A model generated the notes under the pieces. That model did no database searches and was not told the DNA's origin. It saw only the letters and a program-made list of their open reading frames with translations. DNA of 64,000 nt from Utricularia gibba (taxonomy: Eukaryota; Plantae; Magnoliophyta), in the NCBI GenBank assembly GCA_002189035.1, contig CM007991.1:62001-126000 (forward strand), read 5' to 3'. A program made the position numbers and the translations under genes. Shown here piece after piece: positions 61,752 through 64,000 of this stretch; positions within the stretch are counted from its first letter, which is position 1, and the number at the start of each line of letters is the position of its first letter.

Positions 61752-64000
61752 ATGACTACCAATGAGCTGGCGGCGAGCTCCCTCAGCCGGAGATTCAGCT
61801 TTTCATCGATAAGCTCCCGGCACTTGTCGCCAGCGTTCGGGTTGTCCGGCCGGGATGTCTTTCAGAGAAATGGGAGGCTCTATGAAGATGACCAAGATGA
61901 GCTGGTTTGGGCGGCTATCGAACGGCTGCCGGCGCTCACCGCTGCGAACGCGGAGGAGCGAGGAGTCGATTTCTCCGGAATCGGGGTTCAGGCCAAGCGG
62001 GAGCTCCAGGAAAGTTCGAATAGAATCTATGAAGACGATAACGGGAGGTTTCTCAGGGCACTCAGAAACCGAGCTGAAAGGTATTCGATTATGGAATTTT
62101 TCTTTTTCATTTATTGCAAAAAAGTCTGCATTTTTGGTTATAGGATATGCTTTTTAATTAATTGTTTTACAATTTTTATTTCTTTTTGTTCGCCTACCCA
62201 AATTTTCATGTTGGTTATAGGTTTAATAAAAATTATTAATTTTCAACTCATTACACATTTTAATAAAATATTTTTATTAATAAAAGTACAAAAATTAATA
62301 TTGAAAATAGCCATGGTCACTTTTAAAGTCACATATCTCAGATCTATTCATCATTGAATGCTAATTAATATTTAGAAATTAATGTGTTATTTTATATTCA
62401 TCATTATGTAATGAGCATATGAAATCATGGGAGGATAGAATATTTTTATTATTCTTTTTTAAATTAAACGATTAGAATTAATTATCAATAATTTGAAGTA
62501 ATAATAATGATTATAGTAAAAAAAGAGAGATTTTCCTAATGAAACTCATAATGGGCTACTGATTTGTAACTACGGCCGGGTATGTTTTTGGAGTAGAGTT
62601 GGGATAGATATACCAAAGGTGGAGGTTCGTTACGAGCATTTGACCGTTGATGGAGATGCAGCCGTGGGATCGAGGGTGCTCCCCACATTGTCGAATTCCG
62701 CGCTCAGCTTTGTAGAGGTAATGTGACATGAACCCTTCCCACGTATTCTGGTTTCGGCCTGCTGTTACTCAAAAAGTGGCCGCATTTTGATTCTTCAGGG
62801 AGTGTTTGAGAAATTCGGGATTCTTCAATCAAGAAAAAGGTGTATCAGAATCCTCAACAATGTCAGTGGGGTCATAAAGCCTTCGAGGTAAAAACACTCC
62901 TGTTTCTTGCATATCCATGAAAGGGAATGATTTTCTTGCATTCAAGATTTGAAAGATTTTTTTTTTCTTTGAAGGCTTACCTTGCTTCTTGGCCCCCCTG
63001 GAGCTGGGAAATCTGTATTTCTCAAGGCGCTTGCAGGAAAGTTGGATGAAGATCTCAGGGTGTGTGTTGATTTAGTGTGTGGGGTGCAAATTTCGGCGAT
63101 ACAGTTGCTGATGGATGTCTTGTTCTTGTGTTGTTAGGTAAGTGGGAGAGTTACCTACTGCGGTCATGAGCTTTCAGAGTTCATTCCTCAGAAGACATGC
63201 TCTTATATCAGTCAGTATGATCTTCACCATGGGGAGATGACAGTAAGGGAGACTCTGAACTTTTCAGCTAGATGTTTAGGAGTTGGAAACCACTACAAAA
63301 TCCTTAAGGAACTATTTAGGAGGGAGAAGGAGGCAGGCATTGAACATGACCCTGAGATCGAAGCATTCATGAAAGCTATGGAAGAAGCTGGCCGAGATTT
63401 TGGTCTTATAATAGACCATACTCTTAAGGTATGCATTCATCTACCTGTTTCTCAACGAGGGATTCAACAAATAAAAAGTTCATTTAAACCTGTTTTGAGT
63501 TCAGCATCTTGGGCTAGATGTATGTGCTGATATTCTTGTGGGAGATGAGATGCGACGAGGTATTTCAGGTGGACAGAAGAAGCGGCTCACTACCGGTATG
63601 TGAATGGAATTGGCACATGAGCAAGCTATTCTATCTTCTGGCTTAGTTTTGAGTCATTTTCATCTTTGCATGGCGTAGGCGAAATGCTAGTTGGGCCTGC
63701 AAAGGTTTTCTGCATGGATGATATATCAACTGGTCTTGATAGTTCAACAACCTTTCAAATTGTGAAGTACATGAGACAGATGGTGCATATCATGGATGTG
63801 ACGATGGTCATCTCCCTTTTGCAGCCTGCTCCTGAACTATTCGATCTTTTCGATGATATTATCTTGATCTCTGAAGGAAATGTTTTGTACCACGGTCCTC
63901 GTGAAAGCATACTCCCATTTTTCGAGAGTGTCGGATTCAAGTGTCCCGACAGAAAAGGAGTTACAGATTTTTTGCAAGAAGTAACTTCGATAAAGGACCA
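61752..64000 (+). CDS. Full-size ABCG / pleiotropic drug resistance (PDR) transporter, 5' part; runs off the window
   Basis: [12 protein letters not shown]; [15 protein letters not shown]; [13 protein letters not shown] (Walker A); [24 protein letters not shown]; [13 protein letters not shown] (ABC signature); [18 protein letters not shown]; SLLQPAPE; [18 protein letters not shown]. Confidence 0.95.

Noticed and set aside
1-64000. CRISPR arrays, rRNA, organellar insertions, transposases
   Set aside because: None recognised; the sequence is intron-containing plant nuclear DNA.

Overview
Gene-dense eudicot nuclear DNA with mostly 70-150 bp introns and short intergenic spacers, so the six-frame ORF track shows only exon fragments. 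I spliced the genes by hand. The window holds about 19 protein-coding genes: neprosin-domain (partial), PCH2, CP31-like RRM, TDX, NAC057-like, AGO1-like, GH17 glucanase, WIP zinc finger, LNK2, YAE1-like, the ANN4/ANN3 head-to-head pair, a folate-biopterin transporter, a USP-kinase, an uncharacterised conserved protein, IQD, makorin, DCAF1, an arabinogalactan peptide and a PDR/ABCG transporter (partial). There are also two decayed pseudogenes, a DYRK-like kinase with a large internal deletion and a glutaredoxin-like gene. I recognised no rRNA, tRNA, snRNA, MIR hairpin, transposase or CRISPR array. The most interesting object is a divergent AGO1-clade gene. It keeps the DEDH slicer tetrad but has a degenerate miR168 site, a remodelled MID nucleotide-specificity loop and a duplicated promoter module. 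It also has a -1 frameshift just before most of PIWI. That shift and two in DCAF1 all fall in G/C homopolymers, so they may be assembly errors. Family assignments and Arabidopsis comparisons come from recalled sequences, not database searches.
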